Part shown: positions 21,774 to 31,569 of the stretch, piece by piece
Layout of the letters: the number at the start of each line of letters is the position of its first letter
Numbering within the stretch: the stretch's first letter is position 1
Origin: an uncultured Planctomycetota bacterium
GTDB taxonomy: Bacteria; Planctomycetota; Planctomycetia; Isosphaerales; Isosphaeraceae
Assembly (NCBI GenBank): GCA_963845755.1
Contig: CAWJTV010000049.1
Location: 1-64,000 of the forward strand
Direction of reading: 5' to 3'
DNA length: 64,000 nt
Made by a program: the position numbers and the translations under genes
The notes under the pieces: model-generated
What the model was told of the DNA's origin: nothing
Databases searched by the model: none
The model's input: only the letters and a program-made list of their open reading frames with translations

Positions 21774-22736
21774 GTGTTCGACGCCGACGCGGACGAGCCC
21801 GGTCGGGCGACGTCTCGACATCCGGGAGATAAGCAAGACATGGATCCGAACGTCAGAAAGTGGTTCGATCTGCCTGGGATGTTGCGTCGCTACAAGCGTC
21901 GCATGCCATTGATCCTGGTCAATGGTCTCGCGGAGCAATCGGAAAGCTGGTTCCAGAACCGGATTTCCCTGACGCGCCATTTCGACGTGGAGGTCCCGGA
22001 GATCCTGGTCTACGACGGTGAGGCGCTCCACAGCCGGATTGATGCCGGTGGTGAGGTGACGGTCGATTATCTCACCGAGCGACTGAGCCGATTCCTGGAC
22101 GAGTTTGTCCAGCGCCCCCCTTACCACTTCGTGGGGTCGAGCCTCGGTTGTCAGGTCATCTTGACCTACGCCGTTCATCATCCGCAGAAAGTCTCCAAGC
22201 TGGTCCTGATCTGCCCATCGGGCTTCCATGGGGACGAACACCTGCCGATGATCGAGGGCGTCCGCCGCAGCAACTACGACGCACTGGTCAAGTCCGTGTT
22301 CCACCACGGCCATTTCGCGACCGAAGAACTCGTCGAGGCCATCCGGGGTAAGTTCCAGAATCGTCGATGGAAGATGGGCATGCTACGGACCCTGAGGGGC
22401 ACGGTCGGCCACTCGGTGGCGTCGTTGCTGCCGGAGGTGACGCAGCCCACGCTGGTCATCTGGGGCGCCGATGATCGCGTGCTCTCCGACGTCCCAGGAT
22501 CGATCCGGGCGGCCGACCGGCTGCGACATGTCCGCCAGGTGGTGATCCCCAGATGCGGCCATGCCCCGCAGATCGAGAAGCCGCGGCTGGTCAATCATCT
22601 GATCTCCCGCTATCTCCGCGACACGCTCAGGACGATCCCTCTTGCGATGGATCCCCAGCGTGCTCTGGCCCGGAAACTCCAGACCGTCGGCCGGCGCTCG
22701 GGTTTCCTCACCGCCTCCTTGCGCAGCTTCTTTTGA
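21774..22736 (+). CDS. Alpha/beta fold hydrolase
   Basis: GSSLG nucleophile motif, TLVIWGADD, CGHAPQIEKP. Confidence 0.9.
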   Translation: MFDADADEPGRATSRHPGDKQDMDPNVRKWFDLPGMLRRYKRRMPLILVNGLAEQSESWFQNRISLTRHFDVEVPEILVYDGEALHSRIDAGGEVTVDYLTERLSRFLDEFVQRPPYHFVGSSLGCQVILTYAVHHPQKVSKLVLICPSGFHGDEHLPMIEGVRRSNYDALVKSVFHHGHFATEELVEAIRGKFQNRRWKMGMLRTLRGTVGHSVASLLPEVTQPTLVIWGADDRVLSDVPGSIRAADRLRHVRQVVIPRCGHAPQIEKPRLVNHLISRYLRDTLRTIPLAMDPQRALARKLQTVGRRSGFLTASLRSFF

Positions 22737-22740
22737 TCCC

Positions 22741-23329
22741 ATGAACGATTTCACACTCTTCCTTGGCAAGTTCCTGACCCAGATCCCTCGGGGGAACCCG
22801 ATTGCCAGTATTGCCCCGAGTAGCCGTTGGTTATCGCGGACGACCGTCCGCAACATCGCCTGGGACCGGGTGAACGTGCTGCTCGAGCTGGGAGCGGGGA
22901 CCGGCCCGATCACCCGCGTCATGGCCGAGCGGGCCCGCCGCGAATGCCGCATTGTGGTCGTCGAGCGCGACCACGACTTCGTTCGCCTGTTGCAACAGCG
23001 GTTCGGGGACCGGTCCAACGTCGAGGTTGTTGAGGGGGACGTACGCGACCTGGGCTCGATCCTCAAGGATCGCGGGATCCACCGGGTTGACCACGTGGTC
23101 TCGGGCCTGCCGGTCCCGTCCTTTCCGGAGGAATTGCAGCACGCCCTGTTTCAGAATGTCCGCTCGATCCTCCACCCCGAAGGGACCTTCAACCAGATCA
23201 CGGAGCTTGCCTGGGTCTACTGGAGGTTCTATCGTCAATTCTTCGATCGCGTGGATTTCGTGTTCGAAACCCCGCAACCTGCCTCCCTCCGGGGCTTATT
23301 TCTGTCGGGGCCCCAAGGCCCTCCGCTGA
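22741..23329 (+). CDS. SAM-dependent lipid N-methyltransferase (PmtA/OlsG-like), C-terminal frameshift
   Basis: IASIAPSSRWLS, LLELGAGTGPIT, VVSGLP, GTFNQIT, then RNLPP in the shifted frame. Confidence 0.8.
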
Positions 23330-23335
23330 TCGGCC

Positions 23336-24939
23336 ATGAAAACGATAGCCGGTTCATCGTCGGGCTGGTCGCGGCTTTCGAGCCATGGGGCGTTCCGCAA
23401 CCTCGTCAACCTGGGCTCCCACCTCGAGGCGCGGCTTCGCACCGCCGGGCTCGAGGAGGCCGACCCGGTCCGCATCCAGGCGCGGACGCTCCGCGGCCTG
23501 GTTCGCCGCGCGCGGGCCACGCGTTTCGGCCGCGACCACCACTTTGACCGCATCGACTCGGCGGCGACGTTTCAGGCCGCAGTCCCGATCCGAACCTACG
23601 AATCCCTCTGGGACGATTACCTGCGGGATCGGTACCCGGTCTTCGAGGACCTGACCTGGCCGGGCCGTATTCCGTACCTGGCCCTGACGAGCGGGACGAC
23701 GCAGGGAGCCACCAAGTACATCCCGGTCTCCGCCGAGATGGTCGCGTCCAATCGGAAGGCGGCCCGCACGCTGCTGGCCTTCCATTTCCGCGAGAATCCG
23801 CAATCCCGGCTGTTCCAGGGCCGCCTGTTCTTCCTGGGAGGATCGGCGGAATTGCGCCCCGTCGCCCCCGGAGTCTCGGAGGGCGACCTGAGCGGGATCG
23901 CGGCGGTGGAGCTGGCACCGTTCTTCCGCCCCTACACGTTTCCCCCCCTGGAACTGGCGCTGGAGCCGGACTGGGATCGGAAGCTCACTCGGCTCGCCGA
24001 GGCGAGTTGTCGCGAGCGGATCACGCTGGTCGGCGGCGTGCCGAGCTGGCTCTTGATGCTCTTCGAGCGGATCCTCGCCCATACCGGCAAATCGACAATC
24101 GCCGACGTCTGGCCCGAGCTTGAGGTCGTCGTCCACGGGGGGGTGAAATTCGATCCCTACCGAGAGGCCTTTCGCTCGATCCTGGGCCCGTCCCGGATCG
24201 GATTGCTGGAGACGTATGCTTGTTCCGAGGGCTTCGTCGCCGTCGGCGACCCGCGGACCGAGCTGCTTCGCCTGATGTTCGACCACGGCATTTTCTATGA
24301 GTTCATCCCGGTCGCCGAGCTGGATGCCCCTCGGCCGACTCGGCGCTGGCTTGGCACGGTCAACTGCGGGGTGAACTATGCTGTGATCGTCTCGACGTGC
24401 GCCGGGATGTGGGGGCATGTCATTGGGGACACCATCAGGTTCGAGTCGCTCGATCCACCGCTGCTCACTTTCACGGGCCGGACGAAGCAAACCCTCTCGG
24501 CCTTCGGCGAACATCTGATCGTCGAGGAACTGGAAGGAGCCATCGCCCAGGCGGCCCGGGACACGGGAGCGTCGGTGCGTGACTGGCACGTCGGCCCAAT
24601 CTTCTCCGGTGCGCTGGGCTATCACCAGTTTGTCGTCGAATTCCTCACCGAGCCGCCGGACCCGTGGCAATTCCGCGACCTTCTGGACGCGGATCTCTCT
24701 TTGCGGAATGCCGACTATCAGGCCCACCGGACCCCTGCGCCTGCCTGCCATCGCCGGGGCTGCTGGTGACCCGTCGCGGTGCCTTCGAGGGCTGGATGCG
24801 CCGGCGCGGGAAGCTTGGCGGCCAGAACAAGGTCCCGCGGGTTGACAATACCGGGATGCTCACCCGGGATCTGCTGGCATACATCGATAAGAGCCGGCAG
24901 GCCGGAGTCCGCGTGATGAGCAGCGTAGGTGTCATCTGA
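23336..24939 (+). CDS. GH3-family acyl-amido synthetase, C-terminal frameshift
   Basis: ALTSGTTQGATKYIPVS, GDLSGI, GVPSW, ETYACSEGF, IGDTIRF, FTGRTK..AFGEHL, GKLGGQNKVPR. Confidence 0.9.
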
Positions 24940-25016
24940 CCCTGTGGATCGCCGGCTGATGGATAGGATCGCCTGGACACGAAGCACGACACCCGTATCA
25001 GCCTCCTGGCTGCGAA

Positions 25017-25907
25017 TTACGGCGAGACCCGCTCAAGGTACGCCGTGCTGAATCGGCATCGATTCTCGCCGGTCTTGCGATCGAACGCCTCAACGTAAAC
25101 GGCGCTGCCGGAGAACCCGAAAACCACGAGCGTCTCACCGGATAATCGCATTGTGGCTACGTGCCAATCGCTCCCGGAATGATTCACAAGAACACCGGGA
25201 GGGTTGATCCTGGATGTCCCCCACACATGAGATGACCACAGAAGCTTGCCGGTGGCTTGTTCGATGGCGAACAATTTGTAGTCGGAATCAGGCAGCGAGC
25301 TGTACACGGCGGCATAGACCCATTCGCCCGCGAGTTCTACCGTCACATGGCTCGCCGGTTCCAGAACGGTTCCTTCAGGAAGTTTGATCAACTGCTTATC
25401 ATTCTTTACAAGTAAGTGGTTGCCATCCCGCTCCAGGAGCCATTTCGCTTTCCTTCGTTCCACCAGTACCCCATCCCAGCGCGGAAACCAGATTCTCTTT
25501 GGGCCGTGTCCCCTGGCCGACTTCAAGGCGTCTTCCCAAGTCTTCGGAACGGAAACTTCGAGTCGCCCTTCGATCAATCCCAGAAAAAGAGAGATCGCCT
25601 GCAAGTGAGGACGGACGACGTCCTTTTCCTCGGTGTCGGGCATCGTCCGACGGACCCTTTCCCATCCGGCAGCCAATGCGGCGGTGCAATCAGAGACGGA
25701 CATCAGTCCGTCCAGATCGCTCATCCGGGTAGACGACAGTAACTTGGCAATCCGGTCTGCCAGCTCTTCCGGAGAACGCGTCCCGCTCAGGCACGTGGTA
25801 TCCGACTGTTTGGTGCCTGGTTCCTCGGAGGCCCCCGCCACGGAATCCAAGGCCACTCCATGCACCACCAGGCTCAAGATCACGATGGCGAACGGACGGC
25901 AGCACAT
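25017..25907 (-). CDS. Secreted hypothetical protein with PQQ-like beta-propeller repeats
   Basis: N-terminal hydrophobic signal; LFAIEQATGKLLWS, AFDRKTGE. Confidence 0.6.
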   Translation of the reverse strand: MCCRPFAIVILSLVVHGVALDSVAGASEEPGTKQSDTTCLSGTRSPEELADRIAKLLSSTRMSDLDGLMSVSDCTAALAAGWERVRRTMPDTEEKDVVRPHLQAISLFLGLIEGRLEVSVPKTWEDALKSARGHGPKRIWFPRWDGVLVERRKAKWLLERDGNHLLVKNDKQLIKLPEGTVLEPASHVTVELAGEWVYAAVYSSLPDSDYKLFAIEQATGKLLWSSHVWGTSRINPPGVLVNHSGSDWHVATMRLSGETLVVFGFSGSAVYVEAFDRKTGENRCRFSTAYLERVSP

Positions 25908-26012
25908 CGAGAAATCCTCCCATTGCCTCCCAAGGCCCGGATTCCATCCCACGCGTCTAATCTGGATTTGCAGAGGCGACTGAGCGGGTTGCGACAAGCA
26001 GCGGCGAAACCC

Positions 26013-26277
26013 CTACGAGCAGGGCATGTCGAGGACCCGGCGGCGCATCTCGGCCGCCGACAGTTCTCCTTCTTCGCGCGCGGTCTCTCGACCGCTCGAT
26101 AAGGGCGAGGAATTCGGGGTTGGTCCCTAGCGCGATGGATTCCAGGTCCACATTGGTGAGAGGCAGGATCACTGCCGTTGGTGTTCCTTGATCGGTGATG
26201 ACCAATGGCTCGGTTTGTACTCCGGGAAGATAATCCGCCAGAGGGTGGGTCGCCTCGGTGATCTCGACGGTCTTCAT
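26013..26277 (-). CDS. Phd/YefM-like antitoxin (copy 1; C-terminal frameshift)
   Basis: MKTVEITEAT..EPLVITDQGTPTAVI..DLESIALGTNPEFLALIERSR; overlaps the toxin stop by 4 bp. Confidence 0.75.
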
Positions 26278-26573
26278 AGCTGATAGATACTCCCGCCGAT
26301 CCGCAGCTCGTTATGGTCCTTGATGCCGACCGCTCGCACGTGCACGATGGGTTCGGGATCCTCTTCGACATCGTAGTAAACGCGCAGGTTGCCAACGCGT
26401 AGCTCCCACGGAGCGAGCGGATTGGGTCGCAGAAGCTTGCGCTTCCGCGTCTCCACGGTCGGCTGATGGGCCAATTGATCCTCGACGGCGTCCAGTACGA
26501 TGACACGATCGTGTGCAACCAGAGCGCGGAGATGATCCTCACATTCTGGCGAGTACACGATGCGATAGGTCAC
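26274..26573 (-). CDS. RelE/ParE-family toxin (copy 1)
   Basis: YRIVYS..RKLLRPNPLAPWELRVGNLRVYYDV..VRAVGIK. Confidence 0.85.
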   Translation of the reverse strand: MTYRIVYSPECEDHLRALVAHDRVIVLDAVEDQLAHQPTVETRKRKLLRPNPLAPWELRVGNLRVYYDVEEDPEPIVHVRAVGIKDHNELRIGGSIYQL

Positions 26574-26621
26574 GGCCGATTCCCTTCGACGTCATGGGAC
26601 CAGCCGGAGACCGACTATCCG

Positions 26622-26650
26622 ATCATACGGGGCGCAGCCGCGACCGTCAA
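26622..26650 (-). promoter_or_regulatory. Putative sigma70 promoter of TA module 1
   Basis: TTGACG-17bp-TATGAT on the minus strand about 50 bp upstream of the toxin start. Confidence 0.55.
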
Positions 26651-26699
26651 AGAAGTGAGTCAATCGAGGTACTCCACCTGTCAGTCGCGACACCGGCTA

Positions 26700-26957
26700 T
26701 CACGCGGCGTGCTTTTGCTTGCCGGCGACCAGCTCCGCGATCTGACCGATCGAGTCGAGGTGGTCGACGCCGGCCTCGAACGCTTCGATCGTGATCCCGA
26801 AGTTCTCCTCCAGGAAGACGACCAGTTTCAGAGTGCTGATCGAGTCCAGGACGCCTCCGGTGATCAGCGGAGTCCGGAGCGTGAGCTCGTCCGGATCCTC
26901 GCCCGGGAGGAATTCTCGCAAGATGAAGTGATGGACGACCTTGGCGATATCTTCCAT
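26700..26957 (-). CDS. Acyl carrier protein
   Basis: GGVLDSISTLKLVVFLEENFGI phosphopantetheine motif. Confidence 0.88.
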   Translation of the reverse strand: MEDIAKVVHHFILREFLPGEDPDELTLRTPLITGGVLDSISTLKLVVFLEENFGITIEAFEAGVDHLDSIGQIAELVAGKQKHAA

Positions 26958-27314
26958 GATGGCCTCGAAGGATTCGTGAAACCGGCCTGCAGCGACGATC
27001 CAATCGCGCAACGCCTTTCGGCCGAAGATTCACGGCTCGCAAGTTAATCTCTCGACGATTTCCGGTCAATGTCCACTTTATCCTCAAGATCCCTCCAAAC
27101 CTCAGTCGATATACCCAAATAAGAAGACCCTCTCGCGCTGAATCCCCGCCCACGAGACTCAAGTCGAACCTTCGCGACTACTTAAGTTGACAAGTCGGCC
27201 CCAATGCCTTACACACGGGGCCACGGATGTGACACGGCTCGTCGTCACCACCGCCAGCGACCCCTGCTGATCGGGAGGCCGGGCCCGCTTCGCCAAAGGA
27301 ATCGTTAAGGTGGC

Positions 27315-28052
27315 ATGCCCATGACTGCAAGGATGCGTTTTGCCGGAGGCGGCCGACCTGGACCGTGGATGGGTGTCCTGGTGCTCTTGACCGTCACGGG
27401 CTGCCAGTCGATCAGCCGGGATCACGAGGCCAAACGCATCCCGCAGTACGGGGTGATCGACCCCAACCAGCCGAGGGAGCTCCTGAAGGCACCGCTTCCT
27501 CCTTACGTCATCGAGCCGCCCGATGAGCTGGAGATCGCCATCAAGCCAGCGATGGAGGACCCGGCTCCCTCGACAATCGTGGTCCAGCCCGATGGATTCA
27601 TCGACCTGGGATTCTCGGGCAGCGTGTACGTGGTCGGCTTAAACCTGGCGGAAGCGGAGGACCGGATCGCGGATCACCTGGATGCCTTGCCGAAGAAGAC
27701 CGGCGAGACGAAGGAGAAGTATCAAGTCTCGGTCCGGCTGACGAACAACCAAAGCAAGTTTTATTATGTCCTGGGAACGGTCGGCAACCAGGGCCGGTTC
27801 AAATTGACGGGGAATGAGACCGTTCTGGATGCGATCCTCCTGGCCCAGCTCCGCTCGAACAGCCTGCCTGAGAAGGCTTATGTGTCGAGGCCGCATCCCG
27901 CCGGAGGCCCGGACTGCATCCTGAAGATCGACTGGTTCGGGATCCGGGATCGGGGTGACACCTTGACCAATTACCAGATCCAGCCCGGAGATCGGATCAT
28001 CGTCCCGGGCACGAAGCCGCCGGGACTGCTCGGCAGCCTGCTGGGACAGTGA
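27315..28052 (+). CDS. Polysaccharide biosynthesis/export (Wza/Poly_export-like) lipoprotein
   Basis: Lipobox-like VTGC; PYVIEPPDEL, VQPDGFIDLG, GNETVLDAI, TNYQIQPGDRI. Confidence 0.85.
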   Translation: MPMTARMRFAGGGRPGPWMGVLVLLTVTGCQSISRDHEAKRIPQYGVIDPNQPRELLKAPLPPYVIEPPDELEIAIKPAMEDPAPSTIVVQPDGFIDLGFSGSVYVVGLNLAEAEDRIADHLDALPKKTGETKEKYQVSVRLTNNQSKFYYVLGTVGNQGRFKLTGNETVLDAILLAQLRSNSLPEKAYVSRPHPAGGPDCILKIDWFGIRDRGDTLTNYQIQPGDRIIVPGTKPPGLLGSLLGQ

Positions 28053-28073
28053 TGCGCGGAAGTGCCCACTTCA

Positions 28074-28331
28074 TCACGGGATTCCCAGCTCGCGGCGTAC
28101 GTCTTCAGCCGACAGGCTGCCACCGTTGCGGTATTCCGCTCGGGAGCGTTCGATCACGGCCTGGAACTTCGGGTTCAGACTCAGCGCCAGGGATTCGAGT
28201 TCCGCGTCATCCATGGGATACAGCGCCGCGATGGCATGGCCGCCCTCGGTCAAGACCAGTGGTTCCTGATCGAGCTCGCGGGCATAGTGTTCCAGGGAGT
28301 TCGTCGCCTGGGTGATTTCGATCGTTTTCAT
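28074..28331 (-). CDS. Phd/YefM-like antitoxin (copy 2)
   Basis: MKTIEITQAT..EPLVLTEGGHAIAAL..LESLALSLNPKFQAVIERSR; paralog of 26013-26277. Confidence 0.8.
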   Translation of the reverse strand: MKTIEITQATNSLEHYARELDQEPLVLTEGGHAIAALYPMDDAELESLALSLNPKFQAVIERSRAEYRNGGSLSAEDVRRELGIP

Positions 28332-28639
28332 AGCTCATGTTCCTCTCCGCCGATCCAGACCCGGTTCCTTATCTTGAGGCCGATGGCCAGGACCACGACT
28401 TCGGGCTTCCCCGCCTCTTCAGCCTCCAGTACGACATCATAGAACACACGGTAATCCCCAACTCGAAGCTCCCAGGGAGCCACGGGATTATTCCGCATTC
28501 GCTTTCGACGGCGAGTGGGCACGTCGGGCTGGTGTCGAAGTTGGTCGTCCACCGCGTCCACGAGCGTTGTCCTGTCCCTTGCCGACAAATCGCGCAAGTG
28601 CTCCAAAGCCGTCACCGTGTATCGAATCCCATACTCCAC
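28328..28639 (-). CDS. RelE/ParE-family toxin (copy 2)
   Basis: RKRMRNNPVAPWELRVGDYRVFYDV..VLAIGLK; paralog of 26274-26573. Confidence 0.85.
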   Translation of the reverse strand: MEYGIRYTVTALEHLRDLSARDRTTLVDAVDDQLRHQPDVPTRRRKRMRNNPVAPWELRVGDYRVFYDVVLEAEEAGKPEVVVLAIGLKIRNRVWIGGEEHEL

Positions 28640-28681
28640 AAAGGGATCCTCAAGGGTGGGTCGCGGGTTTCTCCTCTCACA

Positions 28682-28710
28682 ATCATAGCGAAATCACGAG
28701 GTGTATCGAA
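28682..28710 (-). promoter_or_regulatory. Putative sigma70 promoter of TA module 2
   Basis: TTCGAT-17bp-TATGAT on the minus strand, positioned like the promoter of module 1. Confidence 0.45.
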
Positions 28711-28746
28711 AGAGATTCCGCGGAAGGCACGTCTTCGTGTCCTGCG

Positions 28747-29448
28747 TCAGAGCTCGGAGAACATCCGAGCGATCGCGAACGCGGCGGCGGCGGCGATGCC
28801 GCCGATGAGCGTCGTTTGGAGCGCGCTGCGGGCGGGTCGCGTGCCGGTGAACCGCCCCTTGATGTAGCCGAAGACGGCCAGCGCGATCGCCGTCACGGCG
28901 ATCGAGATCATCAATCCCTCGCGCGGGCTCCTGACGAACATGTACGGGCTCAGGGGAATCATGCCGCCGGCGATGTAGGCGCCGGCGATGGTCAACGCAC
29001 TTCGGTGCGCGCGACGAGGATCGGGTTCCTCCAGACCCAGCTCGAACCGCATCATGAAATCCACCCACGCCGTAGGATTCCGCTCGAACGCTTGAAGGAT
29101 CGGCTCGATCTCCGACTCGCCGAGACCATAATCGCGAAAGACGATGGCGACCTCCTCACGCTCGATGTCGGGCTTCTCGACGACTTCGATCTCCTCGCGG
29201 CGTTTTTCGCTGACGTAGTGCTCGGCGTCGCTCCTGGCGGCGAGATAGCCGCCCAGGCCCATGGCGATCGAGCCGGCAGCAACCTCGGCTAACCCGGCGA
29301 TGACCACCACCGCGGTCGTCACGTTCGTACCCGTAAGGCCCGCTGCCAGGGCGAACGGCACGGTCAGGCCGTCGGACATGCCGATCACGAGATCTCGGAC
29401 CAGCTCGCTGGCCGTGAAGTGCCGTTCGACATGGAGGGTCTGATGCAT
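28747..29448 (-). CDS. VIT1/CCC1 iron/manganese transporter
   Basis: RDLVIGMSDGLTVPFALAAG, AGSIAMGLGGYLAA, FMMRFELGL. Confidence 0.93.
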   Translation of the reverse strand: MHQTLHVERHFTASELVRDLVIGMSDGLTVPFALAAGLTGTNVTTAVVVIAGLAEVAAGSIAMGLGGYLAARSDAEHYVSEKRREEIEVVEKPDIEREEVAIVFRDYGLGESEIEPILQAFERNPTAWVDFMMRFELGLEEPDPRRAHRSALTIAGAYIAGGMIPLSPYMFVRSPREGLMISIAVTAIALAVFGYIKGRFTGTRPARSALQTTLIGGIAAAAAFAIARMFSEL

Positions 29449-29499
29449 CGATTCTCCTAGCTGGGGATCCCTACCGGGGACGCGGCCCGAAGGGTTGGA

Positions 29500-29886
29500 T
29501 CAATCGGGTTCGCCGCAGGCGCGTCGCGCGTCGCGTTCGAACCAGTTGTCGCGATAGTAATGCTCGCCCCGCCGCCACGCCAAGACACTCGCGAGCAGGT
29601 AGGCCGGGATGAACGCCGGGCCCCAGCGCTCGACTTGCCGGACATGGGCCTGCTCGTGATCGCGGCAGAATTCGAGACACCACGGATCCCGGCCGATAAT
29701 CGCGTGGCCCAGCGTCATCGCCGAGAATCCGCCCTTTTCCGCCAGCCAGCGGGAGAAGCCGCCGTGGAATTCCAGCGCCCCGCGGCGCCGCTGGACCTGT
29801 CCTCCCGTGCAGAGGGTCAGTGCGCCGGCGAGGATTCCCAGCATGGTGGTCGGCGCAGCCCACGTGTACCGCAAGATCCGAGACAC
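29500..29886 (-). CDS. Conserved hypothetical protein with HExxH motif
   Basis: WAAPTTMLG..AMTLGHAI..HEQAHVRQ..WGPAFIPAY..YYRDNWFE. Confidence 0.7.
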   Translation of the reverse strand: MSRILRYTWAAPTTMLGILAGALTLCTGGQVQRRRGALEFHGGFSRWLAEKGGFSAMTLGHAIIGRDPWCLEFCRDHEQAHVRQVERWGPAFIPAYLLASVLAWRRGEHYYRDNWFERDARRACGEPD

Positions 29887-30055
29887 GGCATCATCCCCAG
29901 CGACGCGATTCAACCCCTTACAACCGGCCGAACTCGATGCACAGAAGCGACTAACCCCTGGCAAACGCTCCGCCACTCGGTTATCTAAAAACAATTCACG
30001 ACATTTTCCAATCCCCTGGCGCGATGAAGCCGCGTCCGTCCCGGAGATTCTGCGC

Positions 30056-31526
30056 ATGAGTCCGCGTCGACTGTTCGTGGCCAGTTGCATCGCCCTGGTG
30101 GCCTCGGCGTTCTCATTCGTGACTCGGGGAGATATCCTGCCCGCCCTCGGCGCGACCTTCGATCTGAATCAGACGAGCCTCGGCGAGATCGCGGGCAAGG
30201 CGTTCCTGGGCATGGCGATCTCGATGTTCATCGGAGCCCCGATCTGCGATGCGCTCGGGATGAAGCGGATGCTGGGATTGGCCTTCCTTTGCCATATCGT
30301 CGGCAGCATCTTGACGGTCGCGTCTCCCTACCTGATCCCTGCCACCGCCGATCCCCACACCCGGACCGCGATCGCCTACTGGATCCTTTACGCCGCGATG
30401 CTGCTGGTGGGGGCCGCGAACGGCTTCGTCGAGATCGGCATCAATCCCTTGACGGCGACGCTCTATCCTACGGAAAAGACGCACCGCCTCAATATTCTAC
30501 ACGCCTGGTGGCCCGGAGGGCTGCTCCTCGGCGGCTTCCTGGCCTCGATCCTCATCAACAAAGGGATGGGGTTGCCCAACGACGGGATCGCGGTGGTCAA
30601 GGGTGCCGATGGGGCAGCCACCGTGGACGCAGCCAAGACGCTCCTGGGCTGGCAGATCAAGGCGGCCCTGGTCTTCATCCCCACCGTGATCTACGGGGCG
30701 TTGTTCCTCTTCGCGAAGCTGCCGGTGAGCGAACGTGTCGAGGCGGGGGTCTCGTCGAAGGAGATGTACCTGCAAGTGCTCCGGCCGATGTTCATCGTCT
30801 GGGCCATCTGCATGCTCATGACCGCCTCCGTCGAGCTCGGGCCCCAGCAGTGGCAGAACTCGGTGCTGACGAAGACCTCGGGAATCAGCGGGACCTACAT
30901 CATCATGTACACGAGCTTCATGATGTTCCTGCTCCGCCATTTTGCCGGGCCGATCGCTCATCGCTTCTCGCCGGTGGGGATGCTCACCGGCTCGGCGGTC
31001 TTGACGGGGATCGGACTCTACCTGCTCAGCTACGCCAATCAGCGCCCTGACCGCCTTTACTTATGCGACGATCTACGGCCTGGGGATCGTGTATTTCTGG
31101 CCGACGATGCTCGGGGTGACGGCCGAACGCTTCCCCAAGGGCGGCGCCTTCTTGCTGGGCCTGATGGGTTGCGTCGGCAATCTGGCCATCGCGCTGATCC
31201 TACCGGTCATGGGCCAGATCTATGACAACGGGACCTTGGCGGCCCTCCGTCCCGATACGCAGGCCGTCGTCCGCACGACCGGCGGCCAGATCGACCAGAA
31301 CAAGCTCCAGGCGATCCGCAAGATCGAACCGGCCGCCGTCGACGAGGCGGAAGCCAGCGGAGCCCAGCAAGCTTTCCGCAGGGTGTCGCTCCTTCCAATC
31401 GTCCTGGTCGTGATCTTCGGGTCCATCGCGATCGCGGACCGGCTCCGAGGAGGCTACAAACCGGAAGAGTTGATCTCGTCCAAGTCCAAGGAGTTCACGG
31501 AGTCCGAGCTCGCCTCGGACTTCTAG
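30056..31526 (+). CDS. MFS transporter (sugar permease-like), frameshifted
   Basis: Multiple TMs; DALGMKR, NGFVEIGINP, HAWWPGG, FWPTMLG..ERFPKGG. Confidence 0.88.
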
Positions 31527-31569
31527 CGTTGCTTTCCCGTTCGTCGGGTATATCACACATAGCAGAGCC

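Noticed and set aside
26700..26957. ACP as part of a PKS/NRPS cluster
   Set aside because: No ketosynthase, condensation or NRPS adenylation genes adjacent; a link to the GH3 operon is unsupported.
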